Made by a program: the position numbers and the translations under genes. DNA of 60,722 bases, filler included, from Bipalium vagum (Eukaryota), in the NCBI GenBank assembly GCA_037834085.1. It is 3 parts of 3 records of this genome, joined end to end, with 100 filler letters (N's around TTAATTAATTAA, not from the genome) between each part and the next. Parts side by side here need not be neighbours in the genome. Positions count along the whole stretch, not along the records: positions 1 to 17,453 come from JBBMKC010065008.1; positions 17,554 to 43,691 come from JBBMKC010162370.1; 1 more part is not named here. One strand, given 5' to 3'. Numbering within the stretch: the first letter of the stretch is position 1; the number at the start of each line of letters is the position of its first letter. This document shows positions 12,791 to 27,119 of the stretch, piece after piece. Below the pieces are notes generated by a model. It saw nothing but the letters and a program-made list of their open reading frames with translations, searched no databases and was not told where the DNA came from.

Positions 12791-15049
12791 TTTCTCATTA
12801 AAATTTCAAGGAGTATTGTTTTCTAGTATAATTTAGTTCATTTTGTTATTTTTTTCCAAATCATTACCGTCCACAGATTTCCATTATTATAACATGACAT
12901 AATCTATGAATAAGGAAAAAAAGACCTCGTATAAACCAATATTTAGTAGTATAATACTCATTTATCTCCAATTTCTTTTCAATTATTATTTTTTTTCATG
13001 TTAATATGCACACAGATCCGATGCATTCAATATGCTGAGGATGTAATCAATCAACCAAATCAGTTTCAATAATCTTTTGAAATTCTCAGACCTTAATTAA
13101 TTCTGATTATCTGACGTAGACAATGTAAAATGAGAAAGAAGGACAATACGAAAATTATTTCAATACTCTTTTCTATCACAACCAATATTAAAATCAATTT
13201 TTCATAGAAAATAAAGCAAGATACTGAAAACCAACATATTTTGTTTATTTATCTCTTCAGTATATCCTATAAATAAGCAAAACTGAGCACGGATTACATT
13301 TTCAACTATTGATGTAAAATAATTAATTCTCTCCTCCACGCTTGATCAATCATGTAAAACGGAATTGAAATTAAATTAGAATAAACAAAATCAATTTGTA
13401 TACAAGTCTGGAAAGCTAAACATGATCAATTAATTTTATTCCAAGGATAAATAAAAAATTAATTGACTAATTATATAGCCCTCGTTCAGTTCATTGAACG
13501 ACATGAATGAAGAAGGATCAGATGAAATACTTTAAAGAATTAAAATAAATGTGCCACTTTTATTGAAAGTCATTGAAAAAATATTAATTATTTTTCAGTA
13601 ATTTTTCATTATTATTATTATTCCCGAATTTGATGTTAAAAATTGTGTTTTCAATTACTTACAGAAGAGTTTATTTTAATCTATTGCATTCTTCTGACAA
13701 CTGAAATTTTTAAGCAATTAATAGAGTTTCTTGCAAGATTATATATTAATTATCAAGCATATTTTTCAGAAATCAGAACAATTCTTAGATACATTACCGC
13801 GTTCAGAAGGCTCACTGTGGAATAGTGTCTTGAAGATAACGATATAAGAATTTAATATACAGTGACGGAAAAAAGTCATGTCCACGTCATAAGTATTTTT
13901 AAAAATTCAATTTAGTTTTGCCAGAAACACAAAAATCACAAACAAAATTTTTTATAAGATAAGTTTTTAAATAAAATAATAAAATAACACAATTAAAAAT
14001 GTGTCTTTATTATGAAAAAATTAAAGTGAAGTAACAGTTTAAAATTAGATGGAAATTTTAAATGTCACCAAAGACATCTAAAATTTAATAAAACATTGTT
14101 TTAATATTGGGCTCTTTGTAGATATTTAAAAATTCTAAAACCTGTTTAGATACTCAGAGAAAAGAAATGATATTATTTCAAAATATAATGAAAAATAAAA
14201 TTCGACATAATTCTTATTTAATAAATAATCGTTTCATGAGTCAGCTGATTTGTTATTTTCTTTCTCTTTTTTTCCATTTGACGAGATTTATGTTTTGTTT
14301 TAAGCTTATTTTTCCAATGGTGTATCTGTGAAGTCCATTATATTTATCTTATTCATTTATTTCTTCTGTCTTATACTGCCTGTTTTTCAAATATTCAACT
14401 TTAGCTTATTTAGTAATAGAAATTTTTTATAAATATCTTTCGACTTTTAAGCATCTGTACAACGATACTATTACTGCGTTTAAAGGAAGGGAAAATAAAC
14501 GTAGAATAGTTATATAAATAGAGATATAACATGGTACTTGTAGTTTAAGGAAAATAATAATCTTAAAGATAAACAATGAGAAGAAACATAAAGGAAATTT
14601 TAAAACATAACATAATTATTAAAATAAATTTACTAGAATTAATAATATTTTTAATAATATTATTACAATTAAATCATTAAAATAAGAAATCATTACTTTT
14701 GATTAATTTATTGTTTTGTCAACAGCTTTTGGAAATTGATATTAATTAGAAATAATCTAAGCCTGGTCTTAGCTCTAATGTCAAAAAACTTCAAATATTT
14801 TATAAAGAAATTTGTGATACTCAAGATATACATAATGTCTCAAGAGAAAGATGAAAATAAGACCGCGGTGGGGGAGATTCTTTATAAGAAATTTTATTAT
14901 GTATGCATAATATCTGATTATGATCAAAAATTTCAGAAGTCTTGTTTGTCCATTTGTTGATATTTTTAATGACTATTTTTAGATTATTACTAAAATTCAT
15001 TAGGAAAACCAATAAATGTCAAGTGTTATCCTAAGTTTGATAAGAGAGC

Positions 15050-15600
15050 ATTCATGCAAATGATTAAAGGTGTTTATTGTAAAGATATATAAAATCTGAA
15101 GGAATATACTAAATGCGTATTCAACTTTCAGATTTAAGAGAGAATATTCTAAACTATCATACGCTGGCCTCTTTTTTGACCAAACCGATTAAAGAAAAGG
15201 TTCAAAGAATGTCGAAAATTTGCAGAAATTATTAATTTGTTCACCAAATAATCATTAATGAATATTGAATATGATTAAAATATTTCAAGGAAAAGTGTAA
15301 GCCACAGAAAATTTGGTTAAACTGAAAATTTTCTCGAGGTTTTTAGCTGATAGGTGATAGGTGATTAAGACACCCAGAGTATTCTTTTGTCTTGACATAA
15401 AACAAATAGTTAATTAAAAATTCGTTGGAAGCATTGTGACTGCTGAAGAAACGAGGTATTTTCAGTATAAGCCACCGACAATAAACCAAGCCCAAGAATG
15501 GATTCTTTCAAAGTTTTGTTCAGACGATCTTTACTCACAAACTGAAAACTGAAAGAGAAAAGTAGTTTTGATCTTTTCTTTGATTAGCAAAAATCCATCA
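15050..15600 (+). mobile_element. mariner remnant
   Basis: IVTAEETRYFQYKPPTINQAQEW resembles IVTGDETW...Y.P.TK.QS..W; heavily decayed. Confidence 0.55.
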
Positions 15601-17453
15601 CTTAATATTCCTAATACAGTTTGATACCTGCAAGGGATTTATAAAAAAACTCATTTTTGATAATATTATTTTAATTGGATTTTTAATAGAAGGTTTAAAC
15701 TAAATTAAATTAACGTAAGTAAAAAACCATTTAAAATAAGATTAAAGAGATCTCAATGACAAAAAATAATTAAGTATTCTGTATATTTCTTTATCATGCC
15801 TTATGAATATTAAGGGATGAAAGTTTTTCTTTTTTCTCTACTAATTGGTCTACTTTAAGTAGATTTTACTAAAAGAATGTCGTGGGAAAGTATTGGACAA
15901 TAACATTTGTTTTCAGATAAATTTTTTAGAGCAGTTGAGGGAGATTTAAAATTCATTTCTGAAAATTTTTATTTAATCTTTATAGATTATTTAATGAATC
16001 TTTAATGAATGAGAAGGAAACTTTCATACATCACAAAAATTGGTCGATGGCTTAATAAAAAACTTTTGGTCATCCGCTACCATATTATTTTTTCAAAAAA
16101 ATCAATTGAAAAAAAGTCAGATGATATCTAGATCAAAGGTCGGTTTCGTCAGATTTATCTTCAAAAATTAAAGAAATAACCGAAAGAAAAAAGTGCAAAA
16201 GATCTATTTACTTATCCCCATTTCTGAATTCGATAATTTGTGTTTTAAAAGTTAAAATTTATTTTTTCGATAATATCGATTTTTTTTCATAATTTACAAA
16301 ATGTTAAAAAGAGATTAAAACTTAATTAATTTAAAATTTTTCTAAAGTTAACTTAATATTTAAAACAAAATATATTTTCCAATTGCACTTTTTGTAATTA
16401 ATTAAAGGTATTAGGTCTAATTAAAACAAAGTGAACTTAAATCTAAATGATGATAAAATCAAATTTTAACATAAATAATTTGTCAAAAATCCATTAAACT
16501 ATGATAAATAGAAAAATGTTCTCTATCATTGTTAATCATTATTGACAATTTTTTGTTTTAATTTACAGATTTTTTCAAACAATGTATAAATTAAAAAAAG
16601 GAAATATTAACATTACTATGTAAAATTTAAATTTTTTTAATTTTCATATACATATTAATTTCATTTTTTATTTCGGTTGTGATTTATAATTGAAAGGTTT
16701 TAAGCTCTCGGAATGGATTTATAATAATCAAAACTGACTATTTAGAATTACTAATAATACATTTTTTATGTAAAGAAAATATTTCAGAAATAAATAATAA
16801 AAATGAATGAAGAAGTAATTATCAAGAAAAATTTTTTTTTAGTAGAACACAATGTAAAGCAAATAACTTATCACAATATTTGAAACATTGATTTTATTAT
16901 TTTTAATATGAAAAATAACGTTATAATCAATGGAGTTCTAAAATCAAGAAAATGCGGACAGAAAATAAAACAGGCCATTTATTAAAACAAATAATTTACA
17001 TTATTTGTTTTTTATATTGTTAAGACTTATCGATTTTAATCACTTAACAAATTTTCTGATTATATAATAAATATGAAAAAAAATTTCAAATTTTTTTAAA
17101 GAAAAATTAAATTAAATCGGATTTTTATATATACTTTTGAAAATTTATCTATCTTTTCGAAACCTCAATGCAACATTTATAGGTTATTATATATAAATAA
17201 AACTTAGTTATAATATTAAATTTCAGTTTTCATTATTAAAATAAATATGATTTTTAATTGCATATTTATAAAGAAATAAACATTTTAATTTTTCTATTAT
17301 TTATCAAGAATTTAAAATTTAATATTAATTTATATTTTATGAAATTTTACGTTTTACTGAATATTTTTAATTATACATCATTGTAATTGTATTATTAATT
17401 TGTTTAAAAAGATATTTCAGGTCAGATAATTCTAGTTTATATAATAATATAAT

Positions 17454-17553
17454 NNNNNNNNNNNNNNNNNNNNNNNNNNNNNNNNNNNNNNNNNNNNTTA
17501 ATTAATTAANNNNNNNNNNNNNNNNNNNNNNNNNNNNNNNNNNNNNNNNNNNN
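17454..17553. other. Artificial scaffold spacer (44 N + TTAATTAATTAA + 44 N)
   Basis: Exactly 100 bp with a palindromic six-frame-stop linker; identical structure at 43692-43791. Confidence 0.95.
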
Positions 17554-17941
17554 GAACAAAATTATGTTTAGTGATGAAAAATCTTTTGATGCAGATGGTC
17601 AGTTTAATCCACACAACGACGTCGTTTATGTTGTGTCTAGATAAGATGCAAATTTTTTCCCAAGAGAAGGTATCCTTTGAAAGTGATGGTATGGGTTGGA
17701 CTGACATATCAGGGTCCGACGAAACCTGTATTCTTAACGATATATATATATTTATATTAAAAATATAATAAAAAAATAAAAATTAGAAATGAAGAAATAA
17801 TAATACATAAACTGATGACAGTAAAAAGATTGAACTGGGAAGGAATTAAGTCACTTAAAATAAAAATTACGCCAACACGAGAAAGTAACTAAAGTAGAAA
17901 ATAGTATAAATACATAGCAGAAAATCATAAATTCGCCTTTT
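17554..17941 (+). repeat. 388-bp duplicate of 27187-27574
   Basis: Appears identical by eye at offset 9633; the ORF track gives the same 65-aa peptide at 17571 and 27204. Confidence 0.92.
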
Positions 17942-18300
17942 AAACTTTTTAAAGCTTAAGTGAATTATTATATTCTGAATACTTAATTTAAAAATATTTC
18001 CTGTATCTGCTTTTGATAAAGTAAAATATCCATTTTTTTCTGTTGGTCTATTTAAATTATCATAAATATTCAGTGCTCTATTTCGAATAATGTTTTTATC
18101 TATGGGTATTTTTTGGATTTGCAATCTTTTATCCATATCATTATACCACTTTTCATTTTTTCATTTTTTAAGTATCTAAATTAAAGGTGGAGTAGGTTAA
18201 GAGCTTAACGGTAGAAGATTTTGTGCGTTAAAAGTAATGAGCTAAATGTCAAATGAAAAGTAACTAAAACACAAGTTTTATAAAATATATGGAAATCAAA
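17900..18300 (-). mobile_element. pogo/Tigger-like transposase remnant (CENP-B-type HTH)
   Basis: MDKRLQIQKIPIDKNIIRNRALNIYDNL...FKKFKRR resembles the pogo HTH (P+....I+.KAL.+Y..L...WF..FK.R). Confidence 0.6.
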
Positions 18301-20019
18301 TAACATATGTATAGATATATATGATTTACAACAATCAGAGTGATTGGTGCAACAACAATCCACAGAAGAAAAATTACCCAAAGATTTTTTTAATTAATTA
18401 CAGTTCAGAATTCTTTCGTACTTATATAAATACCAGTATCTCAAAGGTCATCAATGAATTGTAATTCACTACTCTAATTGATATGTGAAATACGAACAAA
18501 AAAAGAATTGCTACTGAAATGAAGAAGAAAAAAATTTTGATTTTAGGGTTGAACCCTAACATTTATTTTCAAGAGTTATTTATAAATTTTGCAACCCGAG
18601 AGAATTGTCAATTTTATAATAATGTAATTATATTTGAAAAATGTGTATAATCATTAAAAATAACAATATATGTAATATAATATTAATATAAAAAAAACGC
18701 TTTCTATAGGGCATAAAAAAGTAACTAATTTTCTGGAAAACATTGCTTGCTTTTATATGACTGCTGATTCGTGATGTCTATCTGATCCGTTCGTGATTTT
18801 CTCGTATTATTTTGTTTATGCTTATTGGTCCAATTCTGTTATGAGTATACTTTTATTTATATTATAAATTTTAACATTACTTTTATTAATAGTAATGCTT
18901 ATTTTCCTTAAATAATAATTTAAGATATTTTTTTGTATTTATTACTAAAAATATTTTTGATGTTTTTTAGTTTTACTAATATTTTATTTTTAGAAATTTT
19001 TATTAAAATTTTATTTTTTGTAACATTTTTATATTATAATAATGATAATAATAATTTTTATTGTTTATGGTTGGGGTTTTTTTACAATTTCAAAAAAGTA
19101 ATCAAAAATATTATTATTTTTTTTATGCAAAAAGGATTATTGTCAATTTTGAAACTTATTTAGTCTCCATAAAATTATTACTGGGCGTATGACAGCAGTA
19201 TTTTTTTTACTATTGGACGATTCGCCGAACTTATGGATCTAATTTTATTTTCATTTGAATTGTTCTAACTGTTGCCTCATTCAAAATTATTTTTTCTAAT
19301 AGTCTATGGAATCTGGAATAATAATCTTTTCTGTGATGTGTTCTTTTGAATTTTATCCTTAACGTTCAAAATTTAATATTCTTTATGTAATATCTAATTA
19401 AAATCCTGAGTTTTAACAATTGACTCAAATTTAAAACATTTAAATGACAAAAAAACTTATTGCAATGTATTATTCACAATTTTTAAATATTTGACAATTT
19501 GAAAATTTGTTAATTTTTAGTTCATTAATTGATCAGTTATAACAAGATTATATTCTTATATCAATTGAAATAGAAATTTCACAACTTTTGTTAAATCCGT
19601 GTTATATAAAACGTGTTGTAGACAACTATGTCTCAATTTATAAATCATTTTATACGAGGCCCAAGTGTATTAACTTTTAAAATCTCATCTTCAACCAACA
19701 GGAAGTCATTTATAGAAATTAGGTAATTATCTTTATCATTCAAATGATTAAATTAAAATTATATCAATGTTCCCAGAAACTATTGTGGCAAGAAAGTATG
19801 ACACGGGGATCTACAAACAAGAGTTACAATCTCGGTTTCTATGAAAAAATAATATTGTTTATTTGAAAAGTTAAATTCAATAAATAGTTAATAACACAAG
19901 ACTTTGTTTAAATAATACATAAATTCAAAATATCCATTCTTTTTCTAAAAAAAAACAATATTTACAGAAGTCATTTTACATTACTATATAGCGAGGAAAA
20001 CCGCAGGCGAAACACGCCT

Positions 20020-20460
20020 ATTATTTATTGAAAACAATGATGTGTTTCAAAAATAAAGATTATGAAACGAACATAGTAAGCCGCATAAAGTCTTTGTAGA
20101 CAAAAATTTTCCAATTTTACTATATGAAGACTCACATGAAAGACATTCCGAACTGGTCACTGTATTAACCGTGACTCAACTTCCTAGAAACATGAGAATA
20201 TTAGGATATCGTGTTATATAGATTGAATGAAAGATATTTGTTTTCTTTTTCAGAGACATAAAAGAACAATATTTTGCCTAAGATTTTCAGGGAAGAAAAG
20301 AAAATGGTTCATAATAATAATTATAAATGCGCAGCATCTTAGGTGAAACCTGTTGAACCCGGTTCATCAAAATCAAAAAAGAATATTCATGGATCTAAAG
20401 TTATGCTGTGTATTTGGTGGGATCAAAAAGAAAATGCTATTATAAAGTGTTATAAAACAA
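20020..20460 (+). mobile_element. mariner remnant
   Basis: SKKNIHGSKVMLCIWWDQK is the classic mariner motif. Confidence 0.75.
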
Positions 20461-20809
20461 TCAGAAGCTATAATTTGTTAAATAGTACGTTTTTCCTCAT
20501 ATATTTAAGAAATTGTAATTAAAAAATTTATATTAAATTCCTTAAAACTATTATACATTAATTTAAGACTTCAAAACTTAGCTTTATTAATATGCTTACT
20601 AGTACAAATTCCAAATTAAATAATTAATTTTTCTAGAATTCTCTAGTAGTGATTAAGTTTTCTTATTCTTCTTTCCTTTTTAATGAATCAACGGATGTCA
20701 TGTTATTTGATTATTTGATTTATTTAAAGTTTTAAATAAAAATTTTTTTCACTTCCAGAACATATAATAACCTAATATTATGATTTAATAATAATCTTTA
20801 ATCTTATTA

Positions 20810-21354
20810 CAGTCGAACCCGTTGACTTGTACTTTAATTTTGAAAATAATGTTAATATTGATCGAGCTATAGTGTGCGTGGAACCATTATACGATGCAGA
20901 TATTGTAGCAGTTATTTTAGAGAAGAAGGGTAAGACTTTTAAAAATTTGTTTGATAACAACGATTCAGAGTCAGAAACTTCTAGAACCTAAATATCACCA
21001 AACAAATAGCTTTAGAATCTTTAGAAAATATTCAAAAATTTTTGTCAAAGAGTGAATTTTCAGATTTGAAACACTTTAATTAAATAGAAAATCAAATTCA
21101 TCAAACGATTTTTTAAAAATTCACGAAAACGCGCCAGTTAACACTTGACAAGTGGTTTTAGATGTCTTAATAAAATTTAGTTGCTTTTATAATTTTTCTT
21201 CTCAGTATCAGTTAGTATCAAAAAACACAACATTAACTTATATCGGTTATTATCCCGAAACATGATATTAACCGTTTTCCTGTTAATATCATGAACCGCT
21301 TATTATCATTGTTTTCTGTGTTACGGATGACATAATATTAAGCGGGTTCGACTG
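20810..21354. mobile_element. Non-autonomous pogo/Tigger-type element (545 bp)
   Basis: TIRs CAGTCGAACCCG ... CGGGTTCGACTG with TA on both sides. Confidence 0.85.
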
Positions 21355-21552
21355 TAATAATAATAATATTTAATAACTAGCTTATTTATTAGGCTCATGT
21401 ATCTTTGACAATGGATGAAACTTTTTATAAGAGAACATTCAGAGCAAAACTGATAAAAATTTAGGATAGAAAGAAATTAACATTAATAGATAAATATTTA
21501 ATTGCCAAGAGAAATCAAAAACATAATTTTTTCTTTTTTCAGACAAAAAAAT

Positions 21553-21762
21553 TTAGTAATCACATTCTGTCAGTGCTGATCTCTTTTCTTGTTCCAACTG
21601 TTTGCTTGTAATTTCTAACTTGGAGCGCGCAAATTCATCAATTTGTAAATGCTCCACAATGTACCAGTGTCCTTTCCTTATTGTTACAGGAAAACTAAAA
21701 AATACATCTTTTGGCGCATCATACTGACCTTTGCTGTGGACAATCATTGAGGTCCAGTCAGA
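21553..21762 (-). CDS. MDH1-like protein, terminal exon
   Basis: tttcag acceptor, phase 0. SDWTSMIVHSKGQYDAPKDVFFSFPVTIRKGHWYIVEHLQIDEFARSKLEITSKQLEQEKRSALTECDY* matches the cytosolic MDH C-terminus (SM...G.Y..P....SFPV). Confidence 0.93.
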   Translation of the reverse strand, partial: SDWTSMIVHSKGQYDAPKDVFFSFPVTIRKGHWYIVEHLQIDEFARSKLEITSKQLEQEKRSALTECDY

Positions 21763-22379
21763 CTGAAATCATGAATTAAATTAATCTTTCAATATCTTAC
21801 TAATATATCGTTTTTAATGCACGTTTTAATACAAAATTAAATTCTCTACAGATTAATGGGCTTTCTATTATTAATAATAAGATTTTCTCACATGTTGAAA
21901 AATTTAAGAATTCTACCATAACATTATCTGGCTAATATTTTTCCACATCTCCATAATTCTTTACATTCTCTACTGATTGTTTGCTATTGGTCGATTGAAG
22001 TGATATTCGAAAGGAGTGAAGACTATATTAGGTTTCTACAAGATGAGGCTAGACGTTGTTATGCAAAAATATCACTATTTCCTGTCTGACAGATTTTTCT
22101 GGTTGACTTGTTGTGGTTTTGAATAAACTACATTATCTTAAGAACTACTAGTAACTTTTTTTCTAAGATTCAATAGTTCATGGTATATAATACCTTTTTG
22201 ATCCTATTATAAAAACAAAAAAACTTCAAAGGAAAATTGGGTTTATTGATTAATTTATAAGTTAGCTAGAATTAAACCATGGTCTTTCATGTTTAAAATT
22301 GTTAACACAAATCCACTTTATTCTTCATAATTTTACATAAAACTATTTTTATAAATAATAAAATATTCTGAATACTAAC

Positions 22380-22673
22380 AGTTCCATGCCAAATATCATT
22401 AGAATGGTCCACAATTGCTTTTGCTAAGGACATATAATAACCGATCATCCCGGGCCCACGAAAATTATTATCTGCAGATCTGCTTTGAATACTGCGAATA
22501 AAATGGTTTTTAATCCAGTTGTCATTTTTAATAGCTTGACGGATTGGAATTTCTTTATGGTCAGGTAGTTTAACCAATGCATAAGATATGTCTGGAAATT
22601 TAGTATCACTATGATTACCCCATATAATCGACCTTCTCACATTATTACAAGGTACACCTAATTGAGCTGCCAG
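22380..22673 (-). CDS. MDH1-like protein, exon with catalytic His (WGNHS)
   Basis: gtag acceptor and ACT|gttagt donor; 294 nt, phase 0/0. LAAQLGVPCNNVRRSIIWGNHSDTKFPD...MSLAKAIVDHSNDIWHGT. Confidence 0.93.
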
Positions 22674-23049
22674 CTACTTTTGAAACAGTATTACGAATTA
22701 TATTACGATTCTTATAATTAAAATTTCAAATATATAAATTTGTACAAAAATAAAAAAATTTGGTCAATTCAATCTGCTTAATCAGAATATTTCTTTCATC
22801 GGTATTTAATTTTTGAATCATTTATGGTTTCTTAAAAATGTAACTAAAAGCTTCATCCGAATTCTTTTTAATACGAACTAAATTTCATGACCAATCGTGA
22901 TTAAGTGTACAATTAACAGTTCAAAATGAAACTAATGAAATCAAAAATGAAACTTATTAAATTATACAAATAAAACCAAATTGATATTACATTATAATGA
23001 TGAAATTAAAATTAAAAGCTCAAAACTTTATAGAAAATCTTCAACGAGG

Positions 23050-25070
23050 TCTTTCCATTGAAACATAGAATAATAATAATTTTCTACGCGATTGGTGAAT
23101 CCAATATTTTTTTAGTGGTCACAGTTTATTTTGGACTATAGGCAATTATTTCAAGTGCCATCATTCGGAATTCTGTTGCCGGCAGTCCCCCAATTATTTT
23201 CATATATGCCATCAAGTGTGGCTTTCTTAATGAAGCTTATCCTTCACCACAGCTTTAAAAATACTCCATTCAAGGTCTATCTGGTTCAATAAGTTGAAAG
23301 AATACGGTGCAAAGCAAATAACTTTAACATCTTCGTTTTCTTCGACAGATATCTCCAACTGACTCTGCACAGGAGCTTTGTCAATAACAAATGTGGCTGA
23401 CTTAATGTCTTCTGCATTGCATTCAGATATTGATTGCCTGTAGTCTTCCCCCTTATAAAACCCCAGTTTACATTATAAATTCAATAGTCTTTCATTATCT
23501 TTATTTAGGACTGTAAATGGTATAGAGTTTAACTATTCAGATTTCATTATCATCTTCGAACCGCTTAAATGAGAATGCTTAAAATAATACATGTATATAT
23601 CCATTTAGAAAATGAAGCTGACCAGAATGATGTTATAGTGATAATAGTAATTATTTTTTGATATTTATTATTCACGTTTTCTTGTATAAAGAAACTGGTG
23701 GACAGGTAAATATACCTTACTACAAAAGTAAATATATATAATAATATATTATAATATAATATATATAATAATGATAAAAATTATAAATAATAATATTAAT
23801 AACATAAATGCTTAGAACTAAAAATTACAATCAACAGGAAATGTGGTTGATTGGCTGCAGAATTACATAAATCGAAATATTGATGGTTATAAATTAGTTC
23901 CAGAAAACCATCGAAGAATACCGAATTCTGAAATCTTCAATTTTATTGTTTCTTTAAGTTAATATTTGTGCTCCGTATATGTTTTACTTTAAAAAGTACC
24001 TTTCTTTATTATTTATGATTTCATTTTTTTTATTTAATTGTAGTTACTGTGGTTGTTGAATAATTCAATATATATAATTAAAGTAATTAATATATATAAG
24101 ATTTTCAATTAGATAAATAAAATTAAGCACCGAGTAAATATGGAATAAAAATACTAATTAAAAAGAAATGAGAAAAGTAAATAAAAAAATTGTGTCGAGT
24201 GGAAAGCATTACTACTTAATAATTGATGTATTAAAAATTGAAAATGTTCCTTTTTTTAATATTATTAAAACCATTTTCACGTAGTCTGGTGGCTCCATGT
24301 CACTTGAGTAAGCCGCACGAGGAAGAACTTTCCAACTCAAAGAGGAAAAATGGTACACGGTAGTCTTTGATATATGTGATCAGGATTGTCATTCAGAAGA
24401 ATAACATGCTTTTATCCAAAGACATTAAATTTTCTATTTTTTTAAGTGCTTATTTAAGGTGATTCATTGGCTTAAATATCTTTATGATCTGACTGTTTCA
24501 GCAACTCATAGTAGACTACTACCAGATAGTACCACCAAATGCAAAACCAAAATTTGGTTGCTTGGATATTAACTTCTACAATAACCTTTTTACCTGAAGG
24601 AACCTAGTATTTTATGTTTGAGTTATTATTGAAATATATAGATTTTTTCATGCTCCATAACTATCTGGCGCAAAACGCCCTTCTTAAATCTTGTTAGGAG
24701 AGATACACAATTTACGTAACAAATGTTATTATTCTCCGAAGTAAGACTATGGAGACACCCATCTGTAAGATTTTGAAATCCTTCCTTACTGTTTGACTCA
24801 GTGGAATATTGTCTATGTAATTCCAATTTCCTATGATTCGTACTACATGGATTTTCAATCAACAAATTGTGAACTTCTTTATCTGCAATTTTTTTGATTA
24901 AACAGGTCAATCGACAATTGAAAAATCAAGATTTTTGAATCTGAATCAGCTAAATCATTTTTGTGATAATTTATCGCTCTTCAAATCTTCATCTAAAGGA
25001 GAAATAACTATATTTCTAGCATCTAACGTTTTCTTCAATTGGAAGGCAATTAATAAGCAACGCCTTATGC
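23050..25070 (-). mobile_element. IS630/Tc1-superfamily transposase remnant, interrupted
   Basis: About 23200-23470 reads FVIDKAPVQ...CFAPYSFNLLNQIDLEWSIFKAVVK (like DNA..H...LPPYSP.LNPIE..WS..K). ORF 24626-24910 (LIENPCST...DGCLHSL) resembles the HTH. That both pieces belong to one element is inference. Confidence 0.55.
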
Positions 25071-25878
25071 ATTTTTGGGATTTCATTTGAATTTTCCCTA
25101 TTTGTTTGAAATATTAAAACAATTTTATTTATATGTATTAATTTATTTTAATATTTATTAATAAGAGATTATCTTTAATTTAAAATCATCTCATTTAAGA
25201 TTGTGACTTTGAGACATCAGCACCTTTTTAGATATCAACAACTTTTTGACATAAAAACGTATTTTAATTAATAATACATTTCATTGATTGCTGCCTGAAA
25301 TTATTATTTTTCATCATTGTTGGTAATATTATTATAGCTGTCTTAATAGATTCTCTTTTGAGCCGTGTTTAGGCTAAGTCGAGAATGGTTTCTCAATTTT
25401 GATAGGGTCCTAGTTAGCCTTCGTAGGGAATATACAGTGGTGGCCATTAAATGGTACCCAGATTGTCTTATTGTGTGACTTATTTGCCAATGAAGTTATT
25501 ACTGAACACCACTGTGATAAAAATGAAGGGGTTTTGCAACAAAATAAAACAATCATTGCAAAAATAATTACGAAAACCAGTCCGACTATCTGTTCAGAAA
25601 AAATAATACAATTCTTTTATGAGCAAAGTAATTATCTTAGCACAACTCGAGAACAAAATATAATTAAGCTCTATTAAGAACACTTCTTTCTCCGTTCCTC
25701 TTTTTAGCAAAATCAATCACTTTTAGTCCTATTAGCACAAAACGCAATTATCAATAAGGTCTTTTAGAACAAAATGTATTATTATAATTATTATTATTCA
25801 AAATCCACTAGTATGATGTATTAAATTTTACACTCTAACAATAGTTTATAGATAATTAATTAAAATCTATTGTATTAC

Positions 25879-26177
25879 CTCTGCCTGAGCTCTGTTATTA
25901 TCCAATCTTATAACTCCTGTGAAATTCTCTACTGGAATATTGGGAGCATATTTTGACATTACCAAACAATTTGTGTTTACTGGTCGACTGCACATTATTA
26001 TTTTGGCTCGCTTATCTGCATACTGATTGAGAATTTCTCCATGCCTTTTGTAGTATTTTAAATTTGTTCGAAACATGTTGATGTCATAATTAACGTTTAA
26101 GTCATTTACTGATATCATCATATAAATGATTTGTGCATCTTTGTAAGCTTCATTTTTCTTGGTCGTTACTAACAATT
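25879..26177 (-). CDS. MDH1-like protein, exon with mobile loop and RLD..R motif
   Basis: ttcaag acceptor and GAG|gtaata donor; 299 nt, phase 1/0. (E)LLVTTKKNEAYKDAQIIYMMISVNDLNVNYDINMFRTNLKYYKRHGEILNQYADKRAKIIMCSRPVNTNCLVMSKYAPNIPVENFTGVIRLDNNRAQAE. Confidence 0.92.
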
Positions 26178-26220
26178 CTTGAAATTTTTCAAAATTATTT
26201 ACATTCTTTTAAAAAATCTA

Positions 26221-26310
26221 CTATTATTATTATTAATATTATTATTATTATTATTATTATTATTTTATTATTATTGTTTTATTATTATTATTATTATTAT
26301 TTATTAGTAT
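26221..26310. repeat. (TTA)n microsatellite
   Basis: Directly visible; similar imperfect arrays at about 3965-4045 and 59570-59608. Confidence 0.9.
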
Positions 26311-27119
26311 TATAATTAGTAATACTGTTATTATTTTCATATTAGCATATAATTATATAAAAACCTTGGAGACTATTATACATTTATTCAATGCCAAGAG
26401 AAAAGTAATAGTCAAAAATATTTGAAATAGTAATTAAAATGATAAAAATAATATTTGAATAATATTCGAAAGATTTTGAAATTATTTTTAATGAAATCAT
26501 AAAATTTTATATTGTTTAGTAAGTTAATATAAAATTGATCTTTTTAAAATATTAATTGGAAATTTACTTTAAATTTTATTATATTTTCAAATAATATTAT
26601 TAACAATTAATTATAATTTAATTAAACATTTTTCAATTAAAATTTGATAATATTCTCATTTACAATATTAAATTCATTATAAGTCTAAAAGTGGAAAATA
26701 GATTTCATATGTAAATAGATTTTGAGAGTAAAGGGTTTTGCTTGAGAAGTATAAAGTGCTTTCTAAATAGCCATTTGTAAGCTCAGAAGAATTTAATCCA
26801 TGTAGTTCATTATATACAGATTCAATACATTTCTAGAATTAGAGAATATTTATAAAAACTCAAGGGATTTGTTAATATAATCTGATTTCTAAGAGAATTA
26901 AACATTTTATTTTACAGTTATAAAATTGATTATTTAATAAATATTTATATTATTTTTTATCAGAAAATGATGAAATTTTGATTTTAAGTATATATTTTAA
27001 GCAATATTAATCATCTCGTATCAGTTATTCACAATTTTTATTTTTAATTTTTGAAAAAAGAAATTATTATTTTTATTAATAATAATTACTTTTTATTGAT
27101 TGTTTATTATATAATGAAA

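Noticed and set aside
13660-13850. Candidate upstream GluN2 exon or plus-strand exon
   Set aside because: The minus-strand AG...GT segment has stops in all three frames; the plus-strand peptide has no recognisable homology.
17498-17509. TTAATTAATTAA palindrome as a regulatory or homeodomain site (also 43736-43747)
   Set aside because: It is centred in exactly 44+44 N at both places, so it is an assembly linker.
21490-21555. Stop-codon readthrough to a peroxisomal MDH1x-type extension
   Set aside because: The stop is TAA followed by ATT, not the TGA-CTA context, and the extension does not end in a PTS1-like tripeptide.
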